64,000 nt of DNA from an uncultured Verrucomicrobia subdivision 3 bacterium (GCA_903889895.1 CAISYZ010000257.1:6196-70195); one strand, 5' to 3'. Counted from the stretch's first letter, positions 9,680 through 20,306 are shown. Program-made: numbers and translations. Notes: a model not told the origin generated them from the letters alone.

Positions 9680-10360
9680 GTGAAACCGCGAATTTTAGTT
9701 GTGGATGACGAGCCGGAAGCGGTGGAACTCGTCGAGTTTAATTTGAAGCAGGCCGGTTATGCCGTCACCACGGCGGCGGACGGCGCGGAGGCGCTCAAAA
9801 AGGCGCGCGGCCAGGTGCCCGACCTGATCATTCTGGACGTGATGTTGCCGGAGATGGACGGCTTTGAGATCTGCAAGACGCTGCGCCTCGACGCGGCCAC
9901 GGCCAAGGTGCCCATCATCATGCTCACGGCCAAAGCGGCGGAGATTGACCGCGTGCTCGGCCTGGAACTCGGCGCGGACGATTATCTGACCAAGCCGTTC
10001 AGCCCGCGCGAGCTGCTCTTGCGCGTGAAAAAAATCCTCGCCCGTTTCCAGACCGAGGAAAAGCCGAAGGAACAACTGCGCTTCGGCGATTTGCTGATTG
10101 ATTTGCCGCGCCACATCGTGAGCTGGAAGAACAAGCCCATCGAGATGACGGCGACGGAGTTCAAGCTCATCACCGTCCTGGCGCAGCGCGCGGGCCGCGT
10201 GCAGTCGCGCGACCAGCTTTTGCGCGATGTGTGGGAATACGACAGCCTGATTGACACCCGCACGGTGGACACGCACATGCGACGTCTGCGCGAAAAAATC
10301 GGCCCGGCCTCCAAGCATCTGGACACGGTGCGCGGCGTGGGCTACCGGTTTGTGGAATGA
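9680..10360 (+). CDS. phoB: OmpR/PhoB-family response regulator
   Basis: Receiver plus winged helix, 'TRTVDTHMRRLREK', 'TVRGVGY'; next to PhoR-like kinase and Pho box. Confidence 0.85.
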   Translation: MKPRILVVDDEPEAVELVEFNLKQAGYAVTTAADGAEALKKARGQVPDLIILDVMLPEMDGFEICKTLRLDAATAKVPIIMLTAKAAEIDRVLGLELGADDYLTKPFSPRELLLRVKKILARFQTEEKPKEQLRFGDLLIDLPRHIVSWKNKPIEMTATEFKLITVLAQRAGRVQSRDQLLRDVWEYDSLIDTRTVDTHMRRLREKIGPASKHLDTVRGVGYRFVE

Positions 10361-10433
10361 AGAAGTTGGTTTTGCCACGTTCCGCTGCTTGCGGTTAGTT
10401 TCTGCATTCTGCATTCTTACTTCTGCCTTTGCC

Positions 10434-11606
10434 ATGTGGCTTTTTCTTTTCATTCTCGCGCTCGCGGCGCTGGCCGGACTCCATTTCCGATGGCGGGCCA
10501 AGTTTCAGGCGCAGCGCGAGCAGCGCGCGGCGGAGATGGAGGCTTTTCAACGCAAGCAGCAGCAGACCTCGCTGGACGCGCAGGCGCAGCAAAAAGTTTT
10601 GTTCGATTCCATGCTCGAAGGCCTGCTGCTCCTCGACCGCAGCCGGAAGATTTACCTCGCCAATCGCACATTCAAAAGCCTGTTCGGCGTCAAGACCGAG
10701 CTGCGCGGCAAAACCGTCGTCGAGGCGCTGCGGTTGCACGAACTGGACGGCCTGCTCCAGCGCGCCGAAACCGAGAAGCAGGTGCTCGACTACGAAATCA
10801 AATTGCCGGGACTCGCCGAGCGTTGGTTGCAGGTGAACGCCGCCGCCATCACGAACGCCGCCGGCGAGCGCGACGGAACGATTCTGGTTTTCCACGATTT
10901 GACGCGGCTAAAACAGCTTGAGCGGCAGCGCGAAGAATTCGTCGCCAACGTCAGTCACGAGTTGCGCACGCCGCTTTCGCTCATCAAAGGCTACGTTGAA
11001 ACGTTGCTGGACGGAGCCAAAGACAATCCCGAAGTGGCCGAGCGTTTTCTGAAAATCATTGAGCGCAACGCGAACCGGCTGGATTTGCTCATCCAGGATT
11101 TGTTGACGATTTCCGCGCTGGAATCCGGGCGGATGAAACTGGAATTGTCGCCGGTGGATTTGCACGCGCTGACGGACAAAGTCCTGACGTTCCTGCACAC
11201 CAAGGCGGAAAACAAAAACGTCACGCTGATCAACGAACTGCCGGCACTCACGATGAATGCCGACGCGAACCGGCTTGACCAGGTGCTTGCGAACCTCGTG
11301 GACAACGCCATCAAATATGGCCGTGCGGAAGGCCTGGTCATCGTTGGTGGAAAAAAACTGGCCGATGGTGCGCTGGAAATTTTTGTGCGTGATGACGGGC
11401 CGGGCATTCCGGCGGAAGCGTTGGAGCGCGTGTTTGAAAGGTTTTATCGCGTGGACAAGGCGCGTTCGCGTGATCAGGGCGGCACCGGTTTGGGACTGGC
11501 GATTGTGAAACACATCGTCCACGCCCACGGTGGCGAGGTGCGCGTGGAAAGCGAACCGGGCAAGGGCGCGACGTTTTTCTTCACACTGCCGCAGCCATCT
11601 ATTTAG
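10434..11606 (+). CDS. phoR: PhoR-like sensor histidine kinase (TM, PAS, HisKA, HATPase)
   Basis: 'EFVANVSHELRTPL', 'FERFYRVDKARSRDQGGTGLGLAIVKH'. Confidence 0.85.
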   Translation: MWLFLFILALAALAGLHFRWRAKFQAQREQRAAEMEAFQRKQQQTSLDAQAQQKVLFDSMLEGLLLLDRSRKIYLANRTFKSLFGVKTELRGKTVVEALRLHELDGLLQRAETEKQVLDYEIKLPGLAERWLQVNAAAITNAAGERDGTILVFHDLTRLKQLERQREEFVANVSHELRTPLSLIKGYVETLLDGAKDNPEVAERFLKIIERNANRLDLLIQDLLTISALESGRMKLELSPVDLHALTDKVLTFLHTKAENKNVTLINELPALTMNADANRLDQVLANLVDNAIKYGRAEGLVIVGGKKLADGALEIFVRDDGPGIPAEALERVFERFYRVDKARSRDQGGTGLGLAIVKHIVHAHGGEVRVESEPGKGATFFFTLPQPSI

Positions 11607-11904
11607 CAGCAGATTTTTTCTTGGCGGGAGCACGCTTGCGTGCCATTGCCTTTTTGATTTGTGCCGTGCGTTGCGGGTCGGGCGAATCCAACCCATCCAG
11701 CAAGCGGTTGGGGCTGGTTTCAAGAAATTGCGCCAACCGTGCAAAGGTGGTGAGCGCAATGGGATAACTTCCGCGCTCAATATGCCCGATGGTTTTCCAA
11801 TGCACCCCCACCAATTCAGCGAGACACTCCTGCGTCAAGTTGGCTTTCAACCGGGCTTCGCGGAAGTTTCGCCCAATCAATCGGAGCATTTGCTGGTTCT
11901 TCAC
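11599..11904 (-). CDS. XRE-family HTH transcriptional regulator
   Basis: 'LTQECLAELVGVHWKTIGHIERG' HTH. Confidence 0.8.
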   Translation of the reverse strand: MKNQQMLRLIGRNFREARLKANLTQECLAELVGVHWKTIGHIERGSYPIALTTFARLAQFLETSPNRLLDGLDSPDPQRTAQIKKAMARKRAPAKKKSAAK

Positions 11905-11975
11905 TCGGCATAATGGAATAGATATGCTCCTTTATTGACACTCCGCATACATTCCGTTAATTAAATGATGTCCGT

Positions 11976-12182
11976 ATGAAAATTAGCGAAGCAAAGGCCT
12001 TGGAAATGCGGCGGGGGAACCAACCGTGCAATTACCCATTTCTCGAAATGGAGCGTGATGAAATAGGAACTTCAACCGGCGATTATGTCTGCACGCGATG
12101 CGGTAAAGCTGGCTGGGACGGCGACTGGAACAAACTGCGTGAAAACAAGAAGAACCCAGAACAGAGGCAACGGAACTCCTAA
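11976..12182 (+). CDS. Small hypothetical zinc-ribbon-like protein
   Basis: 'PCNYP...TGDYVCTRCG'; ATG start behind a TTGACA element at ~11935. Confidence 0.6.
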   Translation: MKISEAKALEMRRGNQPCNYPFLEMERDEIGTSTGDYVCTRCGKAGWDGDWNKLRENKKNPEQRQRNS

Positions 12183-12209
12183 CCTTTGAAAAACCAACAT
12201 ATTCGCATT

Positions 12210-12683
12210 ATGAAAACAAAACACATCATCGCCTTGAAAGGCCCGGTCAATGTTGGCAAAAGCACAACAATCAGGAAAGTCTTTGCGCTTTTGAAGGAAG
12301 CCTACCCGACTGCACATATTCTGATATTCAACCCAAAGGGAATTGAAATCACTGTGACCATCGAAGTTGACATCACTGTGATCATAGAGATTAACGGGAC
12401 ATCCGTCGGCATGGAGAGTTGTGGCGACGCGCCGCCATATCACAACAGGCTTATTGAGAGCATTGAGCGGTTCAAGAAAGCCAAGTGTAGCATTATCCTC
12501 TGCGCCACGAGAACTAGCGGCATTTCAGTCACCACTGTCGAAAACTTTCAACGCGAACAGCCAGAATTCAGGCTTGTTTGGTATCACAATAAAGCGGAAC
12601 CCCAAGTCAACTTGCGTGAACAGCGCGATGACGCGATGGCACAGACTATCTTCAAGCAAATCCAGAATGCACTAAACACCTAA
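12210..12683 (+). CDS. Small P-loop NTPase-like hypothetical protein
   Basis: Walker A 'IIALKGPVNVGKSTT'. Confidence 0.7.
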   Translation: MKTKHIIALKGPVNVGKSTTIRKVFALLKEAYPTAHILIFNPKGIEITVTIEVDITVIIEINGTSVGMESCGDAPPYHNRLIESIERFKKAKCSIILCATRTSGISVTTVENFQREQPEFRLVWYHNKAEPQVNLREQRDDAMAQTIFKQIQNALNT

Positions 12684-12686
12684 CCT

Positions 12687-14165
12687 ATGAAAAATCTATT
12701 CCTATTGCCCGCACTGTTTGTCAGTCTCGGCTTGATTGCCGCGACCACAGATTGCCTTCACGCCGCCACCTTCAACGTGACGACAGCGAACATTTCCGGC
12801 CCGGGATCTTTGCCGGTCGCAATCGCACAGGCGAACGCCACGCCGGGGAGGAATCAAATCAAAATCTCCGTGACGAATGTCATCACGCTTGGATTGCAGT
12901 TGCCCACGATTACGAACAGCGTGGCAATCGCCGGCATTGCCGCAGTTCCCTCAATTATCAGCGGAGGCGGAGCCTTGCCGCTGTTCGCTTTTGCTGCGGG
13001 AACAACGAACAGCCTGTCAAACCTCGTGCTTGCCAATGGCTATACGACGAATAGTGGAGCGGCGATCAGCAATGCCAGCATTCTTTCGGTGAGCAGTTGT
13101 GTTATCACTAATCACGATTCTTTTTTTGGTTCAGGTGGAGCAATAATCAATAGTGGTGTGATGACAATTTCCTCCTCTGTAATATCTGGCAATCAAGCTG
13201 ATACTGGAAGCGGAGGCGCAGTTTATAATTCTGGCACGATGGCCCTGAACAAGTCTCAGTCGTCAGATAATCGAGCAGGAAATGGGGGGGCAATTTTTAA
13301 CGCCGGGACTTTAGCGGTTTCCATTTTCGTAATGTCCAACAATTTAGCTGAGGCAGGATTTGGGGGAGGCATATACAACACAGGTGCTTTGAGTGTTTCA
13401 CAATCAACATTTTTAACAAACACTGCAAAAGTTGTTTCTGGCATTGGCGGAGCGTTATTTATTTATTCTGGCACAGTCGCAATTACAAACTCTACATTCT
13501 GTCAAAATGTAGCAGGCGAAGGCGGTGCCGTAGAAATGCAGAGCGGATCTTGCATATTGGTCAACTGCACTATTGCCAACAATTTGTCATCAGTTGGCGG
13601 CGGCATCAGCGTCTATAACACTGTGGTTTCGCTCATAAATACGATTGTTGCTGGCAACAGCGCATCAAGCAGCAGCCCAGACCTTAAAGGAGCATTCGTC
13701 AGCAGTGGCGTCAACTTGATCGGCAACAACCAAGGGGCAACGGGCTTGAGTCTTTTTGATTTTCAGAACGTGGCTGCCAATCTCGGCCCTTTGCAAAACA
13801 ACGGTGGCCCAACTCTGACTTGCGCTCCGCTTCCGGGCAGCTATGCCATCGGTTACGGCACCAGTGCCGGTGCGCCAACAACCGATCAGCGCGGCGTGCC
13901 GCGTCCGCCAAACGGAGCCTATGACATTGGAGCCGTGCAAACGGTCACAAATTCTCCCTACCTGATGAGCAGTGCTTTTATCAAGGGAGTCGGGTTCACG
14001 TTGGATTCCATTTTCGATGCCAGCAACAAGTATCGAATCCAGTCCTCCACGAATTTGGCGGCATGGATTGATCTTTACACCAACACGAGCAGCGGGGTTT
14101 TGCATTTTACTGACACAACCGCCACCAACTTGAGCCGTCGTTTTTATCGCACGGCAAAACCGTGA
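12687..14165 (+). CDS. Secreted beta-helix (Pmp/pectin-lyase-like) protein with choice-of-anchor Q domain and verrucomicrobial C-terminal tail
   Basis: GGAI/GGAV repeats, 'LGPLQNNGGPT', 'TDQRG.PRP...DIGAVQ', 'STNL..W...FTDT..TN..RRFYR'. Confidence 0.85.
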   Translation: MKNLFLLPALFVSLGLIAATTDCLHAATFNVTTANISGPGSLPVAIAQANATPGRNQIKISVTNVITLGLQLPTITNSVAIAGIAAVPSIISGGGALPLFAFAAGTTNSLSNLVLANGYTTNSGAAISNASILSVSSCVITNHDSFFGSGGAIINSGVMTISSSVISGNQADTGSGGAVYNSGTMALNKSQSSDNRAGNGGAIFNAGTLAVSIFVMSNNLAEAGFGGGIYNTGALSVSQSTFLTNTAKVVSGIGGALFIYSGTVAITNSTFCQNVAGEGGAVEMQSGSCILVNCTIANNLSSVGGGISVYNTVVSLINTIVAGNSASSSSPDLKGAFVSSGVNLIGNNQGATGLSLFDFQNVAANLGPLQNNGGPTLTCAPLPGSYAIGYGTSAGAPTTDQRGVPRPPNGAYDIGAVQTVTNSPYLMSSAFIKGVGFTLDSIFDASNKYRIQSSTNLAAWIDLYTNTSSGVLHFTDTTATNLSRRFYRTAKP

Positions 14166-14284
14166 AAAAAGCTTAAGTCTTTAGGCCGATTCCTGCCAAG
14201 GTTCCGGCCTTTTTCATTTTCATTCGAGAAAATCAGCGGTTGAAAGTTCTTTTTCACCGCAGTAATTTTTTCTATCCTCCGCGT

Positions 14285-14761
14285 ATGGTTCACGTTGGCA
14301 TCGGCTATGACGTTCATCAATTGGTCGCCGGGCGCAAGCTCGTCCTCGGCGGCGTGGAGATTCCGCATACCAAAGGCCTCGACGGCCATTCGGATGCCGA
14401 CGCGCTGATGCACGCCATCTGCGACGCCGTCCTCGGCGCGCTGGGCGAGGAGGACATCGGCCACTTTTTCCTGAACACCGACCCGCGCTGGAAAGGCGTG
14501 CCGAGCAGTATTTTTCTGGAGGAGGCCGCGCGCCAGGTGCTCCGCCGCAACGGACGCATCGTCAACATTGACGCCACGGTCATCGCGCAAGCACCAAAAA
14601 TTTATCCGCACATTGCGGAGATGAAAAAACGCATCGCCGCCGCGCTGGGCATTTCCGAAGCGAAAGTCGGCGTGAAGGCGACGACGAATGAACTGATGGG
14701 TTTCATCGGTCGCGAAGAAGGCATCGCCGCGATGGCGGTGGCGAGTGTGGATCGTCCCTAA
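14285..14761 (+). CDS. ispF: 2-C-methyl-D-erythritol 2,4-cyclodiphosphate synthase
   Basis: GIGYDVH, GHSDAD, KATTNE. Confidence 0.96.
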   Translation: MVHVGIGYDVHQLVAGRKLVLGGVEIPHTKGLDGHSDADALMHAICDAVLGALGEEDIGHFFLNTDPRWKGVPSSIFLEEAARQVLRRNGRIVNIDATVIAQAPKIYPHIAEMKKRIAAALGISEAKVGVKATTNELMGFIGREEGIAAMAVASVDRP

Positions 14762-14763
14762 CC

Positions 14764-16617
14764 ATGAGCCGACGGGAAAATTGGTATGTCGGGATGGCAA
14801 TATTTCTGGTCACGATGGTTTTATATTGGCCGGTTGTCGGATTTCCTTTCGTGAATTTTGATGATCAACTTTATGTTTATCAAAATCCCAATGTAGTTCA
14901 CGGCTTCTCGTGGGAGGGAATCAAATGGTCATGCACCTCCGTAGTTGCGGCCAACTGGCATCCGCTGACTATGGTGTCGCACATGGCCGATTGGTCGGTC
15001 TACGGGCGGTATGCGGGCGGGCATCATCTGACCAACATCCTGCTGCATTCGTCCAATGCCGTGCTGCTTTGGCTGTTGTTAAAACGGATGACTAAATGTT
15101 TCTGGCCGAGCGCACTGGTGGCGGCACTGTTTGCGTGGCATCCGCTGAACGTGGAATCCGTGGCCTGGATCGCCGAGCGCAAAAATGTTTTAAGCGCATT
15201 TTTTTTCATCCTCACGGCCTGGGGCTATATGAGATATGTCGAGCATCCGCGACCAGCAAAATATGCGCTGGCGTTGCTGCTGTTCGCTGCGGGTTTGGCG
15301 GCCAAACCAATGCTGGTGACGCTGCCTTTTATCCTGTTATTGCTGGACTACTGGCCATTGCAAAGAATTTCCTTCAGTCAAAACCGGCTGGGTTGGGACG
15401 GGCGCAAACTTGGACGATTGTTGCTGGAGAAAATCCCATTTTTGATGGTTGCGGTCGCGGATTGCATTATCACCTTTTTGGCGCAAAACCACAGCGGGTC
15501 GGTTCGGACCTTGGAGGAAGTGCCGCTGGCCATGCGCTTGGTGAACATTCCAATCGCCTATCTGGCTTATTTGGGAAAAGCCTTTTACCCATCGCAACTG
15601 TGTGTCTTCTATGATTTTCCCAGCCACTTGCCGGTGCTGGCCGGCTTGGTTTCATTTATTATTCTGGTCGCGATGACATTTTTGGTCTGGCATTTCAAAT
15701 CCGCCTGCCGCTGGCTTCTGGTGGGCTGGCTATGGTATTTGGGGATGTTAATTCCCGTTATTGGCCTCGTGCAGACGGGTTCGCAGGCGATGGCGGATCG
15801 GCACACGTATTTGCCGCTGGTCGGCATATTTTTCATCCTGGCTTATACCCTGAATGAAGTGCTGGTTGAACGGCGGCAGCTCCGCTCGTTTGTCGTTGGT
15901 GGCGTCATGATAATGCTCCTTTGCAATCTGGTGCTGACCCGGCGGCAATTGATGCAATGGCAAAGCAGCGTTGCCTTGTTCACCCAGGCCGTGGCAATCA
16001 ATCCGGAGTGCCTTTTCTCGCAGGAAATGCTGGGCACGGCTTATCACGCGGAAGGCCGGATCGCTGAAGCGATTGAACATTACTCGGCTGCCGTGAATTT
16101 TCGTCCCACAGACCCTGACCTGCAGTATGTCTTGGGCCGTGAGCTGATTGAAGCCGGGAAGTTTAGCGAAGCTGAAAACCATCTGGCCATTGCGCTCCGG
16201 CACATGCCTGATAATCCGATTTTACACAATACGCGTGGCGTGGCTTTGTTGCAGTGCGGCAGGCCGCAAGAGGCCGAACTGGAATTTTCCCGCGCCATCA
16301 CAATTCAGTCGGATTATTCCAAGCCGTATTTCAACTTGGGCAAAACACTGCTGGCCGAAGGCCGAAATCAATTAGCCATCACTAACTTTCTCGCCGCCTT
16401 GCGGTTCGAAGCCGATTGGCCTGAAGCGCTGCAAAACCTTGCCCGCGCCTATGCCGCCGCCGGCGATCAGTCCAATGCGGTCAACACGGCCCGCGCGGCC
16501 TTAAAAATCGCCCAAGCCAGCCAGCAAGGAATTTTGGCCGGCCAGATTACGGATGAATTAAAGGCTTACCTAAACGCTTCAAATCCGCAATCATCGTCGT
16601 CGCATATTTCTCACTGA
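14764..16617 (+). CDS. TMTC-like membrane glycosyltransferase with C-terminal TPRs
   Basis: 'FDD..YV..N', 'NWHPLT', 'HPL.VESVAWIAERK', 'ADRHTYLP', TPR tail. Confidence 0.85.
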   Translation: MSRRENWYVGMAIFLVTMVLYWPVVGFPFVNFDDQLYVYQNPNVVHGFSWEGIKWSCTSVVAANWHPLTMVSHMADWSVYGRYAGGHHLTNILLHSSNAVLLWLLLKRMTKCFWPSALVAALFAWHPLNVESVAWIAERKNVLSAFFFILTAWGYMRYVEHPRPAKYALALLLFAAGLAAKPMLVTLPFILLLLDYWPLQRISFSQNRLGWDGRKLGRLLLEKIPFLMVAVADCIITFLAQNHSGSVRTLEEVPLAMRLVNIPIAYLAYLGKAFYPSQLCVFYDFPSHLPVLAGLVSFIILVAMTFLVWHFKSACRWLLVGWLWYLGMLIPVIGLVQTGSQAMADRHTYLPLVGIFFILAYTLNEVLVERRQLRSFVVGGVMIMLLCNLVLTRRQLMQWQSSVALFTQAVAINPECLFSQEMLGTAYHAEGRIAEAIEHYSAAVNFRPTDPDLQYVLGRELIEAGKFSEAENHLAIALRHMPDNPILHNTRGVALLQCGRPQEAELEFSRAITIQSDYSKPYFNLGKTLLAEGRNQLAITNFLAALRFEADWPEALQNLARAYAAAGDQSNAVNTARAALKIAQASQQGILAGQITDELKAYLNASNPQSSSSHISH

Positions 16618-16640
16618 AATCATTGCTGCAATAAAAAATC

Positions 16641-16910
16641 ATGCCCAAAGCCGAAATTGCCTGGAAGCGCGTCACCGAGGACGGTGAGAAGCTGCAAGTC
16701 TATGCCCAGCACGTCGGGCGCGAGTATCATTTCTACCAGCGCGCCAAACGGTTTGACGTGTGGGAGCGCGTCAAGGAACCGCCGCTGGAAGACTGGTTGG
16801 AACTCCTCGACGCCGTGGTGCGGCTCGTCAATCGCCGCCGCTACATGCCGGATGACGAGAAACGGCTGCGCGCGCAAATCATCGAAAAATTTCCCGAGGC
16901 GGAGATTTAG
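16641..16910 (+). CDS. Hypothetical protein
   Basis: 89-aa ORF with genome-typical codon usage, fits operon spacing. Confidence 0.65.
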   Translation: MPKAEIAWKRVTEDGEKLQVYAQHVGREYHFYQRAKRFDVWERVKEPPLEDWLELLDAVVRLVNRRRYMPDDEKRLRAQIIEKFPEAEI

Positions 16911-16965
16911 CGGTTCCCCTGAATTGGCGATGGCGGATTTATCGGCAAACGGGTTTAATCGACGC

Positions 16966-18057
16966 ATGCACAAATTGTCCGCATTCACCGTCGCCTGTTT
17001 TTTGGGCGCGACGCTATTGCTCGCCGGCTGCGCCTCGGCGCAAAATCATTTTGCCGGACTGCCCGCATCCGCCGATCCGCGCCTCGTTGGCCAGCGCATT
17101 GTGGAAAATTTGCTGGAGCGCAATTACCGCACAAACAAGACCGGCTTCATCGTTTATCCTGAAATCTGCGCGTCGTTCGGTGCGCTGCGGTTTGCCGCTG
17201 CGGCGGGCGACACGAACTTGGAGCAAAAATTGTTCGCGCGCTATGCGTCGGTGTGGCTGCCGGAAAGCAGCAAATTGATTCCGCCCGGCGGGCATGTGGA
17301 CAACAATGTTTTCGGCGTGCTGCCGCTGGAAATTTTTCTGTTGAACGGCGATTCCGGTTCTCTCGCGCTTGGCCTGAAATTGGCCGACCGGCAATGGGAT
17401 AATCCGCTGACGAACGGCCTTACGCGCGAGACGCGGTGGTGGGTGGATGACGCGTGGATGATCGGCAGTTTGCAGATTCAGGCCTACCGCGCCACGCAAG
17501 ACACAAAATACGCCGACCGCGTCACCACGCAGCTCGCGGCGTATCTTGACCAGTTGCAACTGACAAACGGGCTTTTCCATCACGGGCCGATTGCGCCGTA
17601 TTATTGGGGCCGCGGCAACGGCTGGGTGGCGGCGTCGCTCGCGGAAATTTTGCAGTCGTTGCCCCCGGCACATCCGCGTTACGCGCGGCTTATGGCTGGC
17701 TATCGGAAAATGATGGCAGGACTCAAGGCGACGCAGGGCGCGGATGGCTTGTGGCATCAGCTTCTGGATGATTCCAATTCGTGGGCGGAAACTTCCGGCA
17801 GCGGAATGTTCACCTACGCAATGATTGTGGGTGTGAAGCACGGCTGGCTGGACGCGGCAGTTTACGGCGACGCGGCGCGGCGCGGTTGGCTGGCGCTTTG
17901 CAACAAGCTGGACGCGCACGCAAACCTGCAGGAAATCTGCGCCGGCACGAACCAGGATGCGGATCGGCAATTTTATCTGGACCGCCCGCGCATCGCCGGC
18001 GATTTGCACGGGCAATCGCCCATGCTGTGGTGTGCGTGGGCGCTGCTGCAGAAATAA
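16966..18057 (+). CDS. Glycoside hydrolase family 88/105 lipoprotein (unsaturated glucuronyl/rhamnogalacturonyl hydrolase)
   Basis: LLAGC lipobox, 'WVDD', 'WGRGNGW', 'ETSGSGMF', 'DLHGQ'. Confidence 0.88.
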   Translation: MHKLSAFTVACFLGATLLLAGCASAQNHFAGLPASADPRLVGQRIVENLLERNYRTNKTGFIVYPEICASFGALRFAAAAGDTNLEQKLFARYASVWLPESSKLIPPGGHVDNNVFGVLPLEIFLLNGDSGSLALGLKLADRQWDNPLTNGLTRETRWWVDDAWMIGSLQIQAYRATQDTKYADRVTTQLAAYLDQLQLTNGLFHHGPIAPYYWGRGNGWVAASLAEILQSLPPAHPRYARLMAGYRKMMAGLKATQGADGLWHQLLDDSNSWAETSGSGMFTYAMIVGVKHGWLDAAVYGDAARRGWLALCNKLDAHANLQEICAGTNQDADRQFYLDRPRIAGDLHGQSPMLWCAWALLQK

Positions 18058-18128
18058 TTTTTCCGCAGGCCATTTTGTTTCGCGCGATTTTCCGCTGACA
18101 AATCTTCGCGATGCGCTACCTTCCGCGC

Positions 18129-18899
18129 ATGGCAAAAAAGCCGTTGATTTTAGTTTCGCCCAGCATTGAAAAACGAGGAGTGGAGTTTCACGATTTGTCT
18201 GCGAGCCTTTCGGTCAAATACGATTTGGCCGTGCTGCAAGCCGGCGGCATCCCGCTGACCATGCCGGCGACCACCGACCGCGCCGTGATTGCCGAATGCG
18301 TGCGCCGCGTGGAAGGCGTGCTGCTCACCGGCGGCGACGATATCAATCCCGATCTCTATGACAAAAAATTGCCGGCCAAAATCAAAAAAACCGTCGGCCA
18401 GACGCCGGACGGTGGCGCACGCGATTTGCGCGAGCTGATTTTGATCGAGGAAACTTTCCGGCAGCGCAAGCCGCTGCTGGCCATTTGCCGCGGGCATCAG
18501 TTGCTAAACATTGCTTTTGGCGGGCAGCTCGTGGCAGATATCCGGCAGCAGGTGCCGGGGGCGTTGAACCATCAGCAGCTCAATCGGGCGTTTGAATTGG
18601 TGCATGAAGCGGCGTTGACACCCGGCTCATTAGTGTCCAAAATCTGTAAAAGGCTCGTGTTGGGGGTGAACAGTTCGCATCATCAGGCGGTGCAAAAAGT
18701 CGCGGAGCCGTTTGTGGCCACGGCGGTCAGCCCAGACGGATTGGTTGAAGCGATGGAGTTAAAGCCGGTGGCCGCGCGAGGAATGCCGTTTTTGTTGAGC
18801 GTGCAGTTTCATCCGGAGCGGTTGACGCAAAAATTCGCCGAGCACCGGGCGATTTTTGGGAAGTTCGTCGAAGCCTGTGTCCGTAAAAATTTGAAATAA
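18129..18899 (+). CDS. Peptidase C26 / gamma-glutamyl-GABA hydrolase family glutamine amidotransferase
   Basis: LLTGGDD, AICRGHQ, NSSHHQ, VQFHPE. Confidence 0.9.
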   Translation: MAKKPLILVSPSIEKRGVEFHDLSASLSVKYDLAVLQAGGIPLTMPATTDRAVIAECVRRVEGVLLTGGDDINPDLYDKKLPAKIKKTVGQTPDGGARDLRELILIEETFRQRKPLLAICRGHQLLNIAFGGQLVADIRQQVPGALNHQQLNRAFELVHEAALTPGSLVSKICKRLVLGVNSSHHQAVQKVAEPFVATAVSPDGLVEAMELKPVAARGMPFLLSVQFHPERLTQKFAEHRAIFGKFVEACVRKNLK

Positions 18900-18901
18900 T
18901 C

Positions 18902-20248
18902 ATGAAAGGCAAAATTCTCATTGTGGACGACAACGCGCAGTTGCGCGAGTTGCTCAAGGCCGTGTTGTCGGACGATTATCTGGTGGCGGAAGCCGACAGC
19001 GGCGCCGCGCTGGAAAAAGCGTTTTCACAGGAAGCCCCCGACGTGGTGCTGCTCGACCTGAAGCTGCCGGATGCCAATGGTCTCGACCTTCTGCCGCAGA
19101 TCAAGAAAAACTGGACTGACACCGAGGTTGTGGTGCTCACTGGCGAGGCGGCCACGTTCGAGGCCGCTGTCGAAGCCACCAAGCGTGGCGCGTATCATTT
19201 CATCAACAAGCCGTTCGACACGCAGGTTCTGCTCGTCACGTTGGGTCGTGCCATTGAGAACAAACAGCAGAAAGAAGAGAACCATTCGCTTCGCCGCGCC
19301 ATCTCCACCATGAGCGGCAGTTCGGCGCCCGTGTTTCAAAGCCCGCAGATGCAGACCGTCGTCCGCACCATTGAGCGCATCGCACCGAGCGACGTGACGA
19401 TTTTGATCACCGGCGAAAGTGGCACCGGCAAGGAAGTCATCGCCGACCTCATCCACGCTTTAAGTCCGCGCAGCAAAAACCGCATCGTCAAGGTCAACTG
19501 CGCCGCGTTGCCCCGCGAACTCATCGAAAGCGAACTCTTCGGCTCGGTGAAAGGCGCGTTCACCGGCGCGAACACCGACCGTGACGGTCTGTTCCGCCAA
19601 GCTGAGGGTGGCACGCTGTTTCTCGACGAAATTTCTGAGATGCCGATTGATACGCAGAGCAAACTCCTGCGCGTGTTGCAGGATCAAAAAGTCCGGCCCG
19701 TCGGCGGCAAGTCGGATTACCAGACCAACTGCCGCATCATTGCCGCGACCAATCGCAAGCCCGAGGACGCCATCAAGGACGGCAAGCTGCGCGAAGATTT
19801 GTTCTACCGCATCAGCGCCATTTCCGTTTATCTGCCGCCGTTGCGTGAACGTCGCGACGACATCATGCCGCTGGCCAACTCCTTCTTGAAGCGCTTTTCC
19901 GCGCAGGCCAACCGCACGCTGCGCAGTTTCACGTTGCAGGCCGCCGACCGGCTGACCAGCTTCGAATGGCCGGGCAACATCCGCCAGCTCCAGAATGAAA
20001 TCCAACGCGCCGTCCTGCTTTGCGAAGGGCCGGACGTAGACTCCAGCGATTTGTCCGTCAGCGACATCAAAATCATTCCGTCCGAAGGCCACGACACGAG
20101 CTTCACACTGCTCGAAGGCGTCGAGCGCAACGCCATCATCCAGATGCTGCGTGAAACCGGCGGCAACAAGCTGGAGACCGCCAAGAAACTCGGCATCGGC
20201 CGCCAGACGCTCTACAACAAGATCAAGGCCTACGGGATTGAAGCCTAG
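18902..20248 (+). CDS. Sigma-54-dependent NtrC-family response regulator
   Basis: Receiver, GESGTGKE, GAFTGA, WPGNIRQL, Fis HTH. Confidence 0.93.
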   Translation: MKGKILIVDDNAQLRELLKAVLSDDYLVAEADSGAALEKAFSQEAPDVVLLDLKLPDANGLDLLPQIKKNWTDTEVVVLTGEAATFEAAVEATKRGAYHFINKPFDTQVLLVTLGRAIENKQQKEENHSLRRAISTMSGSSAPVFQSPQMQTVVRTIERIAPSDVTILITGESGTGKEVIADLIHALSPRSKNRIVKVNCAALPRELIESELFGSVKGAFTGANTDRDGLFRQAEGGTLFLDEISEMPIDTQSKLLRVLQDQKVRPVGGKSDYQTNCRIIAATNRKPEDAIKDGKLREDLFYRISAISVYLPPLRERRDDIMPLANSFLKRFSAQANRTLRSFTLQAADRLTSFEWPGNIRQLQNEIQRAVLLCEGPDVDSSDLSVSDIKIIPSEGHDTSFTLLEGVERNAIIQMLRETGGNKLETAKKLGIGRQTLYNKIKAYGIEA

Positions 20249-20306
20249 TTTTAGTTCTTAATTTTAAGTTTTTTGTTGGCAGCGCGGCTGTGCTCCAACT
20301 AAAAAC

